Shown piece by piece: positions 9,901 through 18,128 of a stretch of 33,227 bases of DNA. The DNA is from Myxococcota bacterium (GTDB lineage: Bacteria; Myxococcota; SpSt-1050). Both the position numbers and the translations under genes were made by a program. Below the pieces are notes generated by a model, which was not told the origin of the DNA, did no database searches, and was given only the letters and a program-made list of their open reading frames with translations. The stretch spans positions 1 through 33,227 of the forward strand of contig JBMFOP010000026.1 of the NCBI GenBank assembly GCA_049969675.1, written 5' to 3'. The first letter of the stretch is position 1. Each line of letters starts with the position of its first letter.

Positions 9901-10518
9901 ATACAGAATGGACTGCTCATCCCGAGGAATGAGAGCAATGGGTTAGGATATAATGATGTCATTAAATCCAGAAAGGCTCAATTTACTGACCTATCTGCCC
10001 AGAGCAATGCAGTGAAGTTGATAAAGGATAAAAAGGCATCAGTGATTATCACATTCAATGTGGATATCAGTGATAAGGTAAATTACAAGCCCGAGCTACT
10101 CATTGCATTTGATATGTTTGAAAATGATTTAAGCAGGATGGCGGACTTTGTGATTCCCACATCTCCAAACCTTGAATCCGAGGGTTCATTTGTGAGCTAT
10201 GATGGTGTGCTCTATAAATATGATAGAGTCTTCAATCCTCTTGCGGGTTATACAACATTTGATGCTTTAAGCAGTCTCTTCAGGGCAATAGGTGGATCCA
10301 ATCAACCCTTAGAATCGGTTAGAATGTCCATATCAGGACTGATTTCTGAATATTCAAAGCTCAAAGAGAAGAACAAAGGATTCTCCATTCTGAGGGAGAT
10401 AAAGGTTACCTCTTTTATAAAGATGAATAACTCTCCATTTACCCCGATGCCCTATAAGTGTAGAACTACATATTCTATTGTTGCAGAAAATACCCTCCCT
10501 AAAAAGCCAACAAAGTAG
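6964..10518 (+). CDS. Fused NuoG/HydA-type Fe-S + GltD-like FAD/NADPH + degenerate molybdopterin-oxidoreductase protein (BfuA/NfnA-like)
   Basis: N-terminal 2Fe-2S (TLCY..GSCLVC..SC); GltD domain (PCYVNCP, CGRVCVRYCEANC, GGGPSG, GGMLRYGIPEYRLP, GGGNTAID, YRR); CILCGRCVRYC, CISCGNCIEVC; CSFCSVGC..LCAKG; FdhA-like C-terminus without catalytic Cys/Sec. Confidence 0.85.
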   Translation: MANSVKIKINGKEIIADSSKTILNVARENGIDIPTLCYDPRLPPYGSCLVCVVELRNQNRVVMSCTTPVAEGMDIYTDSEMAVDSRSKALSMLLSNHYADCRGPCYVNCPANVDVQGYLALANAGLYYEALELIRETNPMPLTCGRVCVRYCEANCRRKDIDSPVAVNIMKRYVSDLEYDRLPPPKITPKNGKKVAIVGGGPSGLTCAYYLAKEGYSVTIYDKQPKLGGMLRYGIPEYRLPQAVLDKEINYLLAHGIEAKNNVKIGTDITLSQLRKEYDAVYIAVGAWAAKPMGIENENHPSVLSGIKYLEQVKRDVPPDFSGKVVVVIGGGNTAIDASRTALRCGAKHVAILYRRTRNEMPADHDEVEDALAEGVEIQFLIAPKRVLVEGERLKGIECYRMELGEPDASGRRSPIPVKGSEFIYECDYIISAIGQEPVLDFAESLKVTKWKTIEASPETYATNIEGVFTGGDVFTGPMAAIDAIGAGRKAAMVIDSYIRTGRIEKFKQEFLSRKTVVAELDKSFFESQPKIERTRIPKSDPKERIHNYEEVDHIITKDMAERETMRCLSCGCNSVFDCDLKVFSGEYAARQDLYHGKAKRYKVDDRHPFIILDANKCILCGRCVRYCSDVIGISALGFVNRGFDTVVKPALDKPLQETTCISCGNCIEVCPTGAIVHRIIANRPGPYRTIPADSICSFCSVGCNIIVNHVGREIFYINGKQREKYIEPELCAKGRFGTYYIKSKDRLYSPISRGSKTDINNVVVELSQALKDIKSESTVIVVSERMSVEEYYLIGSIASRLGIKNIISANELYQNNLMVLAEFIGSNITLARRDDVSSSEYILIFGNQGTISYTKVLGFDIKKAVSNGAKLIWVGEGSQEFRKYISKQIETKRIAEFVNGVVKKLITDGKFVKDAQKISGFEELMRFSSEENEESGSVAELLSDSSKKIIAIYNPDYIYGNNYNDFGAILNLLILTGRIQNGLLIPRNESNGLGYNDVIKSRKAQFTDLSAQSNAVKLIKDKKASVIITFNVDISDKVNYKPELLIAFDMFENDLSRMADFVIPTSPNLESEGSFVSYDGVLYKYDRVFNPLAGYTTFDALSSLFRAIGGSNQPLESVRMSISGLISEYSKLKEKNKGFSILREIKVTSFIKMNNSPFTPMPYKCRTTYSIVAENTLPKKPTK

Positions 10519-10548
10519 TTATTCTAATTGTTGCAGACTGAATTTATT

Positions 10549-10580
10549 GAGGCTGGGCAACTCCCAGCCCTCTTTATTTA
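10549..10580 (+). terminator. Probable Rho-independent terminator of the oxidoreductase operon
   Basis: GGCTGGG-CAACT-CCCAGCC hairpin followed by a T-rich tract, about 30 nt after the stop at 10518. Confidence 0.7.
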
Positions 10581-10782
10581 TATAGTATTGCCAATCTCCA
10601 TATCTTTATATACAATCTACCCCCACTACTAAATCCATTTGTCCCCTCTTCTGTCATCTTCTCTATCATCACCTCATAAAACACATCCCCCGAAAATATC
10701 TATATAATCTGTTTACCAATAAAAATTGTGTCCAGAAATGATGATATGAGTTTGGCTTTTAATTGATGAGATTTTGCATAAA

Positions 10783-13239
10783 TCACTCAATTAGGTTACA
10801 TCCACAGCCCCCTTCATCACTCTCCTGTTGGGGTTTATTTAAGTCTGATCTCTTTTTTGAGACATCTTCATAATAAAAAATAACATCTTCTTGAAAAATT
10901 CCATTGTCAATAATCATTGTGTCCTCTGCAATGGTATCTTCAATAGCATATGTGTCATTAACTGGTATCTCTTCTGCTCTATGGTCTCTACCAGGGGTAT
11001 CTTCAACATTTGTATCTGAATATGATGTGTCTTTATAGGGGTTAGAATCTATACCGACATCTGTGGTAGAACCAATTATGTTGATTACAAAATATACAGG
11101 TATCAAATCCTCTGCCTTCTCAGGTAGTATAGTTCTATTCCTCCCGGTCTCTACGGGCGATTCACCATCCCATGCTGCTAAATAATAGTAAATCTTCTTC
11201 GCTGTAATAAATGCGGCACTTATCTTTGCCTCAAAGACTGAATTACCCTTATCTATCATATTGATTGTCTTCATTATTGAATCACCTTCGTTTTTATATT
11301 TGATATTTGCCGCCTGAATCTTTCCACTGTCATCTGTGATCTTTGCAGATATGATAATATCCTCACCTGCATTTGCTGTGGTAACCGGTGTATGAATAAT
11401 TACTGGTGGGGTATTTGGCCTTGTAATAGAGATTACAAAATATTGCGGATTTGTACTGTCCTCTGCCTTCTCGGGGAGAACGCTCCTGTTTACACCAGTC
11501 TGTACAGGCGATTCACCATCCCACGCCGCTAAATAATAGTATATCTTTGAGGATGTTATTGATGCTGCTGGAATTTTTGCCTCAAAATTTCCAGACCCTT
11601 TATCTGTCATCGCAATGGCAGTAAAATTTGCATCTGATTCATTCTTAAATCTAAGTGTGGCAGCGGCGATTGTTCCTCCGTCATCTGTAATCTTTGCGGT
11701 GATAAGTATGTCCTTCCCACTATCAGCGGTGGTGACAGGTGTGTGTGAAATTACTGGTGGTTTATTAGTTGGAACAGAGTCGTCAACTATGGCATTATAT
11801 CTTATTGCATCATATCCGTCATTCTCAGCCGGTGTCCTGACTGTATATCCCACTCCCCAATAGCCAGAACCAGCATAGGATTCTACCATATCCCACTTTC
11901 CGTCCGGGCGGAATCCAACAAATAATCTAATGTGAGAACCAGTGTCATTGAGTGCATCTGCAGGCTTGAGCTCTGATTTGTTAATCTTTGTTGCTATTTG
12001 CATAATGGTGGAAGTTCCATATTTGGTGGTCTGTTTCCATAGCCTTGAAACAAAACCGGAGCAGTCAACACCCACAGAACAGGATGAACCACAGGCAGAG
12101 GTTCCATCAGCATATTTTGTCTGTATATCCCCGGCCTTTTTGCAATCAGATAATCCCTGGTCAAACTGGGATATTGTGGAGAATCCTCCCCACGAATATG
12201 GGAATCTATTATTTGTCCCTACCACTACCCAGGAGGGTGGTTTGATAGTCTTGGTCTTATTACACCAATCGGTGCAGGTGGTTGTGCCTACATTACAGGA
12301 TTTTGCAGTCCATATGTGGTCATTATATTGTTTTGCAAGATTCAGCGCCTCTGACCTCTTCACCGGTGTTAGAGCCAGAAGTCTCTGTTCATAATTGATA
12401 TTTTCATTATATTCATAGATCTTTTTAGTCCATTCAGATATTGTAATACTCCCACCAGCAAAGGTGTCAAATTTGTACATCTTTATTCCAGCTTTATCCG
12501 ATGCCAGAACAAAAATATTGTTTTCATAAATCTTTATATCTTTTACATCATTAAGGAGAAATCTATTTGGCAAAAATATCTCTGAAATGATATCTCCCCT
12601 CTGGTTTATCACTTTTATAACTCTACTTCTTCCCATATCAAATTCTACGGCAATAATAAGCAAATCATTAATTAGACCAATAGGTGTAATTGCTGCAATA
12701 TTATCCCTGTCCTGATATGAGAAGGTGCTTATTGTATTCTCTTTATATATCTTTATCTGGGCAAGATGTGGATTTTCAATAATTGCGTCCATCAATATAT
12801 CTTTGAAGGCATATTTTTCAAATCTATTAATTGGATAGAAGAGATTATTTGAATACAAAATGCCAGACAGGGTCTCCACACCATATAATTTTCCAATCTT
12901 AATCAGGGATTTGTTCACAATCTGATATTCTGTACCATCTCTTGTAAATAGAAATGTCCTCTTAAAATGTCTTTCAATGAATATCGCCTCGTCTGGAATA
13001 TTCTCAATGGAGTATCTATAAATTCCACTCTCATAGATATCTATTGAATGATTAAAATTATTAAGCAGTCCAATCTCAGAGTCATCCACATAAAAGTCTG
13101 ATATCCCATAAACCCCGTCTGGAGTTGTAAAATAGTTTATATTTTGTTCTCCCCATTTGATATCCAGAATCGGTGTGGAGTTGAGTGTTATGGGGGAGAA
13201 GAGTAAAACTATTGCAAAAATAATCTTGATTCTATTCAT
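10783..13239 (-). CDS. Secreted NlpC/P60-like cysteine hydrolase with two tandem ~117-aa domains and C-terminal GCxC tail
   Basis: Signal peptide; PYSWGG...GVDCSGFVSRLW...SHIRLF...ES (Cys/His/Glu); tandem PPVIxHTPVTTA domains; acidic linker; ends GCGCNLIE. Confidence 0.75.
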   Translation of the reverse strand: MNRIKIIFAIVLLFSPITLNSTPILDIKWGEQNINYFTTPDGVYGISDFYVDDSEIGLLNNFNHSIDIYESGIYRYSIENIPDEAIFIERHFKRTFLFTRDGTEYQIVNKSLIKIGKLYGVETLSGILYSNNLFYPINRFEKYAFKDILMDAIIENPHLAQIKIYKENTISTFSYQDRDNIAAITPIGLINDLLIIAVEFDMGRSRVIKVINQRGDIISEIFLPNRFLLNDVKDIKIYENNIFVLASDKAGIKMYKFDTFAGGSITISEWTKKIYEYNENINYEQRLLALTPVKRSEALNLAKQYNDHIWTAKSCNVGTTTCTDWCNKTKTIKPPSWVVVGTNNRFPYSWGGFSTISQFDQGLSDCKKAGDIQTKYADGTSACGSSCSVGVDCSGFVSRLWKQTTKYGTSTIMQIATKINKSELKPADALNDTGSHIRLFVGFRPDGKWDMVESYAGSGYWGVGYTVRTPAENDGYDAIRYNAIVDDSVPTNKPPVISHTPVTTADSGKDILITAKITDDGGTIAAATLRFKNESDANFTAIAMTDKGSGNFEAKIPAASITSSKIYYYLAAWDGESPVQTGVNRSVLPEKAEDSTNPQYFVISITRPNTPPVIIHTPVTTANAGEDIIISAKITDDSGKIQAANIKYKNEGDSIMKTINMIDKGNSVFEAKISAAFITAKKIYYYLAAWDGESPVETGRNRTILPEKAEDLIPVYFVINIIGSTTDVGIDSNPYKDTSYSDTNVEDTPGRDHRAEEIPVNDTYAIEDTIAEDTMIIDNGIFQEDVIFYYEDVSKKRSDLNKPQQESDEGGCGCNLIE
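11075..11766 (-). repeat. Intragenic tandem duplication of a ~351-bp (117-aa) domain
   Basis: NKPPVISHTPVTTA... (from 11766) and NTPPVIIHTPVTTA... (from 11415) share KIYYYLAAWDGESPV and LPEKAED. Confidence 0.9.
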
Positions 13240-13250
13240 ATTTTCTCTCC

Positions 13251-13808
13251 TTATATATCTGTCTCATTGTTTTTACTCCTATCCGAGGATATTCCCGCCC
13301 CTATTGTAAAGAGTATGATTGATGGCCATTGTGTGGTGGTCTTATATAGCTGCTTGTACGATAGTTCAAATATAAGCAGAATCGGTAACCTCTCATATCT
13401 CACTCCCGCCCCCATTGAATAGCCATAATCATAATCCTCATCATTTAGAAAATTTCCTCTATAATACTCCCCACATACTTTAATATATGGAAAAAGTGTC
13501 ATAATATCTACAATGTAAATAATTCCTAAAGATGTGTTCAATAATCTTGCGTCATTTGCATATTTCTGTCCTCTATAAACACCTGCATCAAGTATAGAGA
13601 TATTTTCAGATAGTGATAGAGCGAGGTCAGAGAAGATAAATATATCAGTATTTATGCCAAGGGTATATCCATTGCGCTCTGTTGGACCTCTATATTCAAG
13701 TGCACCTGTATGGAGAAGTCCATCAAATGAAAGAGCCATTAGATCAAAAGGCATAAGGATTGATAATAATATCAGAAAAGCCGTTATTCTGGATTCCATA
13801 TCCCTCAT
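13251..13808 (-). CDS. Small outer-membrane beta-barrel-like protein
   Basis: Signal peptide; alternating aromatic/Gly beta-strands (GYSMGAGVRY, FTIGAGIS); lies directly upstream of the NlpC/P60 gene. Confidence 0.6.
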   Translation of the reverse strand: MRDMESRITAFLILLSILMPFDLMALSFDGLLHTGALEYRGPTERNGYTLGINTDIFIFSDLALSLSENISILDAGVYRGQKYANDARLLNTSLGIIYIVDIMTLFPYIKVCGEYYRGNFLNDEDYDYGYSMGAGVRYERLPILLIFELSYKQLYKTTTQWPSIILFTIGAGISSDRSKNNETDI

Positions 13809-13814
13809 AGATAT

Positions 13815-13843
13815 AATATATCTGATCTGTGAGACGCTGTCAA
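13815..13843 (-). promoter_or_regulatory. Sigma70-type promoter, likely leaderless transcript for gene starting at 13808
   Basis: TTGACA-17 bp-TATATT, with 6 nt to the ATG at 13808. Confidence 0.6.
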
Positions 13844-13915
13844 ACAGGTTGTTCTTTTGATTGAACAGAAGTAAGCTGTTGATTTTTTACTAAAATTACT
13901 ATTTAATCATAATAT

Positions 13916-15316
13916 ATGAGTATTAAGTATAAATTTATCTTTTTTCTTATTTTAATAACGACCATTTTTATAGTCCTGAATCTCTTTGTGTATCTTTATA
14001 TATCGTTTAAGCTCTTTAATTCGGGGAAGATAGATACATATATGATCTCTGCCTCAATAGTCTCACAGCTTGTGATAGAAAAGGGGGATAAGGAGTGTTA
14101 TCAGGTTATAGGAGATAGGAGACTCATTGAATATATGCCGGTTGCCGTTGCAAGGATTTATAAAGATAACTCCTTTGACTATCTATGTGGAATTGTGAAT
14201 GATACAGGGATAATAAAATATGCAATAAGTGTTATAAAAGGACAGTATACTTTTTTTACCTATGGGACAGACTATATTGCTATCTTAAAAAATACTGATA
14301 CCTCTCTTCAGTATAGACATCTGATTATATTTGGTTATGAGAAGGATATAAAAAATTATGAAAGACTCAGAAACGCTATAATAATTTTTGATGTGATACT
14401 CTTTACGATTTTTGTGATGGTAATATTTATATTGGTTCGTCGCCTATATTTTAGACCCCTTGAGAATCTTAAAGACAAATTGACTTCTTCACAGATTGAA
14501 GATGACCTTTTGATTACGGATTCCATTAGAGATGAGACTGCTATTATTCTCTCTTCTGTGGCTTCGTTGATAAGAAGGTTTAAGAATGAGAAGGTGGAAC
14601 TGATCAGGATTAATGAGGAGCTCAAGAAGGCTCAGAATGACCTGATTCTGAGTGAGAGGTTGTCTACCGTTGGGAAGATCGCTGCATCTATTGCTCATGA
14701 GGTTGGGACTCCACTCGGCACAGTAAGGGGTTACATTGAAATAATTGGTAAAGAGATAAAGGGTGGGAGGACTGAGAGTATAAGTGAATATCTGAAGAGG
14801 ATGGATAATGAAATCGTCAGAATCAGCAACATTTTAAAAGAATTGCTTGATTATGCAAGACCACCTAAATTTAATATGAAAGAGGAGGAATTGAATCCGG
14901 TAATCTCTGAAGTAATAAATTTTCTATCAGTTCAAAAATCATTCAATAAAATACAGATTAAATTTAATGAACCGAAAAGAGTTGTAGCCAATTTTGATAA
15001 GGATAGAATCAAACAGATATTGATCAATCTATTGATGAATGCAAAGGATGCAATGAATGGGGAGGGTGTAGTTGAAATAAATCTAAGCGAAGACGATAAT
15101 TTTACAATAGTTGGTGTTAGAGATAACGGTTGCGGGATACCTGATTCTGATAAAGAGAAGATCTTTGAGCCTTTCTTTAGCACCAAACCATCAGGGCAGG
15201 GTTCAGGTCTTGGACTTGCTATTGTAAAGAGATTGATTGAGAGTATGAATGGTAAGATTGAATTTGAATCTGTGTATGGAAAGGGTTCTACTTTCAAGAT
15301 ATATCTGAGAAAATGA
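13916..15316 (+). CDS. Membrane sensor histidine kinase (NtrB-like)
   Basis: Two TM segments; H-box AHEVGTPL; N-box QILINLLMNAKDAM; DNGCGI; IFEPFFSTK; GSGLGL. Confidence 0.93.
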   Translation: MSIKYKFIFFLILITTIFIVLNLFVYLYISFKLFNSGKIDTYMISASIVSQLVIEKGDKECYQVIGDRRLIEYMPVAVARIYKDNSFDYLCGIVNDTGIIKYAISVIKGQYTFFTYGTDYIAILKNTDTSLQYRHLIIFGYEKDIKNYERLRNAIIIFDVILFTIFVMVIFILVRRLYFRPLENLKDKLTSSQIEDDLLITDSIRDETAIILSSVASLIRRFKNEKVELIRINEELKKAQNDLILSERLSTVGKIAASIAHEVGTPLGTVRGYIEIIGKEIKGGRTESISEYLKRMDNEIVRISNILKELLDYARPPKFNMKEEELNPVISEVINFLSVQKSFNKIQIKFNEPKRVVANFDKDRIKQILINLLMNAKDAMNGEGVVEINLSEDDNFTIVGVRDNGCGIPDSDKEKIFEPFFSTKPSGQGSGLGLAIVKRLIESMNGKIEFESVYGKGSTFKIYLRK

Positions 15317-15426
15317 GAAAATACACGATGATAGAGTAATAAATTGTTGTTAATTGCTGCCCTCTTATACTCTGGACACTCCGAAATCTTTACCGGATTA
15401 CAATTGTGCCAAAAGAATGATAAAAA

Positions 15427-16779
15427 TTAGAATAGAACATTACATTCACAGCCTGCAAGGTTATTTAACTCCTCAATTAAATCTACATCGGATGTTGAAC
15501 TCTGATCTGTATCTTTGGAAGGTGATGTCCCTGTATCTTTAATACTGGATATATCTGTTATGCCTGCATCAATTGTCCCTGAACGGGGCATACAGGCTCC
15601 ACTCTCATTTGTGAGCGTTACACATTTATCATCTGAGGGACATTTTGGTGATTTGGGGTCACATTCATAATAACATTTCCCATAGTCATCTCCAGCTTTA
15701 GCCGCTACACATATAAGTCCAGATTTACATTCATCTAATGTATAACAGGTCTCTCCCAGCTCCTTTGGCGCATTCTGGATGTTGCACTCATCTTTCTCTG
15801 GCCAGCAGCCTCCACCTCCACTTTCAATCTCTGTGCAGTAATATCCTGATGGACAGTTACTGCTTGAGACAACGCAGTATCTTGAACAGATAGAGAGATT
15901 TCCGTCAGTCAGGCAGAGCTCCGATGAACAGTCCTTTGAGCTTTCACAGGGTTTGCATAGGTCTGATAAATTATCTCCGGGGAAGCAGTATGAGTTGCCA
16001 TCTGTTGCCTCAAAACACTTATATCCATTGGGGCAGCTCCCTATCTCACCAACATTACAGATCTGAGAACACATACCCGAATCCCCATTAGAGACACAGA
16101 TATTGCTTTTGCAATCTGAACTGTATTCACATACCGAACCGAATGTACCCTTTGAAGAGGATGAAGTGGAAGGATAAAGAAAACAGATGCCTTTTATATC
16201 ATCATCTTCTATCGTTCTTTGATTGGTATCACCCATATTTGAATAAGGATACATTGTAGCCCCATATACCATTGTGTGGTCAAGCCCAAAGAAGTGTCCA
16301 ATCTCGTGCGTTGCAATATTCTGAAGATCCATCTTCCCTTTTTCACCTGTTGTGGACCACTTAAAATCGGCTGCATTAAATCTTATATCTGCATCTTTAA
16401 TATATCCATCTGAATATGTTGCAGGGGTGCATACAGCAATAGTGCCATATCCACCCAATTCATCAGGCCATTTCCCTGTTATAAAGAATAAATTATTTAT
16501 AAAGTCGGTCGGAGTTGCGGTCTTTGAGTTTGTCCTGCCAGCATATTGAGTACTTATGTAAGTACAGTCTGGTTTGGACCATTCCTCAAATGAGAGTTTA
16601 ATAGCATTAATTACATCACTTTCATTTAAACCCGAATCCGCTGGATTTATATAGTATTTCACAGGAAGATTTGAATCCTCCCACCTGGCAGAAGAACCAT
16701 CAGGGTTTTTAATGGTATTAAAGCCTGATAGTAGTAAGAATGAAAATATTACACTCAAAAAATTCCATCTCATTGACAT
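15427..16779 (-). CDS. Secreted matrixin-like (M10A) zinc metalloprotease with Cys-rich repeats and C-terminal GCxC tail
   Basis: HEIGHFFGLDH zinc motif, ATMYP Met-turn; three C-x5-C-S-x2-C Cys-rich modules; ends GCECNVLF; ATG 16779 follows AGGAG. Confidence 0.88.
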   Translation of the reverse strand: MSMRWNFLSVIFSFLLLSGFNTIKNPDGSSARWEDSNLPVKYYINPADSGLNESDVINAIKLSFEEWSKPDCTYISTQYAGRTNSKTATPTDFINNLFFITGKWPDELGGYGTIAVCTPATYSDGYIKDADIRFNAADFKWSTTGEKGKMDLQNIATHEIGHFFGLDHTMVYGATMYPYSNMGDTNQRTIEDDDIKGICFLYPSTSSSSKGTFGSVCEYSSDCKSNICVSNGDSGMCSQICNVGEIGSCPNGYKCFEATDGNSYCFPGDNLSDLCKPCESSKDCSSELCLTDGNLSICSRYCVVSSSNCPSGYYCTEIESGGGGCWPEKDECNIQNAPKELGETCYTLDECKSGLICVAAKAGDDYGKCYYECDPKSPKCPSDDKCVTLTNESGACMPRSGTIDAGITDISSIKDTGTSPSKDTDQSSTSDVDLIEELNNLAGCECNVLF

Positions 16780-16784
16780 AATCA

Positions 16785-16810
16785 CAACTCCTGTTATCAA
16801 CTCCTGTTAT
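16785..16810. repeat. Perfect 13-bp tandem duplication (CAACTCCTGTTAT x2) containing the RBS
   Basis: 16785-16797 and 16798-16810 are identical; minus strand reads ATAACAGGAGTTG twice. Confidence 0.9.
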
Positions 16811-16853
16811 TTAATCGCATTTTTATAGTTATTTCAAGTAATTAAAGATAATT

Positions 16854-18116
16854 CTATTCGGCTTTTGCAGGTTTTGGGTAATCAAATGGAATCTCAAAAG
16901 AGTCAAATATATCTCCATCAATATCAACAGCGGTAATTATTGCCCTATCACACAGAACATCAGCATAAATAAAATGATGAACATAGTTGGTCTTTTGAAT
17001 GAATGGGAAATCATTGCATTTTGAATCAAGGTCTCCTCCACCACCTCCGATAATCATATGATAAACTCCATTTAGATAACCTCTCTCATAACCGTGTGTA
17101 TGACCATTTAGAATAAGATTAACTCCACCCTTTTCAAGTACTGGTATTAGAGAACTTCTTATTTGTAGATTCCCATCATAATCACAATGTCCCCATCCAT
17201 CTGTATAAGCAGATTCATGAAATACAGCTATTCTCAATCCAGCCCAGACTGCCTCTGGCATTTTGAGAGTTTTGACTATCCACCTGTGTTGAGGGTCTTC
17301 TGTTCCAAAGATATATTTTTCTGAGTCTATCACTATTACAAACACACTACCATATTTAAACCAATAGTAGCTTTCGTGTTGCTCATCTCCCTCGGGATAG
17401 GGATATGATAGATATTTATAGTAATAGTCAGAATTCGCCTCGTGATTACCCATAGCCATATAATAAGGTATGTAAAAGGCTATAGGTCTAATTACATCAA
17501 AGAGTTCAGTCTGCCACCTCTCTTCCTCCCATCCTCTCTCAACAGCATCTCCAGCGTGCAGGATAAATGAAGGTCCCAGCGCTGCAATAAGAGGAATCAA
17601 TCTTGAATGTCTTTCTGGATGATTCTGTGAATCGCTATATGCGGCAAATCTAAATGGTTTATTGTAACCTGGATTTGTAGCAAATGTAAAAAATTCAGAC
17701 ATAGTCTCGCCACCTCCAACCCTGTAAAAATATCTGGTACCTGGTTTTAAATTTGTAATTCTGACTTCGTGAACAATAGCTTCATCTTTAATAATCTTTT
17801 CAAGTTTATCTTCTCTCTCCCCATATTCAACAACTGTTGGCTCTGTATCTTCGGTCTGCCACATTATTGTGGTGGAAGATGTATCTGTATACATTATATA
17901 TGGACCTTTTACAAAAGGCTTATAATTACTGAGCTGAATGGATTCAAATGTTGCATCTACATTGCAAATATATATATCAATAGCTACATCTGAGATGGCA
18001 GTATCTGCATTAAAACCAGAATACCCGGAATCTAAAAGAATATTTTCAGACACATCAGAACAATTATAAAAAGGAGTCAATCCAAGTAAGAGTATAAATA
18101 AACTTAAATTTTTCAT
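16854..18116 (-). CDS. Purple acid phosphatase-family metallophosphoesterase with FN3-like N-domain, putative lipoprotein
   Basis: HEVRITNLKPGTRYFYRVG; SDSQ, HAGDAV, MGNHE, FH, GHTHGYER motifs; signal ending in Cys19. Confidence 0.88.
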   Translation of the reverse strand: MKNLSLFILLLGLTPFYNCSDVSENILLDSGYSGFNADTAISDVAIDIYICNVDATFESIQLSNYKPFVKGPYIMYTDTSSTTIMWQTEDTEPTVVEYGEREDKLEKIIKDEAIVHEVRITNLKPGTRYFYRVGGGETMSEFFTFATNPGYNKPFRFAAYSDSQNHPERHSRLIPLIAALGPSFILHAGDAVERGWEEERWQTELFDVIRPIAFYIPYYMAMGNHEANSDYYYKYLSYPYPEGDEQHESYYWFKYGSVFVIVIDSEKYIFGTEDPQHRWIVKTLKMPEAVWAGLRIAVFHESAYTDGWGHCDYDGNLQIRSSLIPVLEKGGVNLILNGHTHGYERGYLNGVYHMIIGGGGGDLDSKCNDFPFIQKTNYVHHFIYADVLCDRAIITAVDIDGDIFDSFEIPFDYPKPAKAE

Positions 18117-18128
18117 AAAATCTCCAGA

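Noticed and set aside
4688..10518. Respiratory complex I, [FeFe]-hydrogenase or selenocysteine formate dehydrogenase
   Set aside because: No membrane Nuo genes, no H-cluster motifs, no catalytic Cys/Sec or in-frame TGA.
10581..10782. Possible small gene or ncRNA between the terminator and the NlpC/P60 stop
   Set aside because: No convincing ORF, RBS or structure recognisable.
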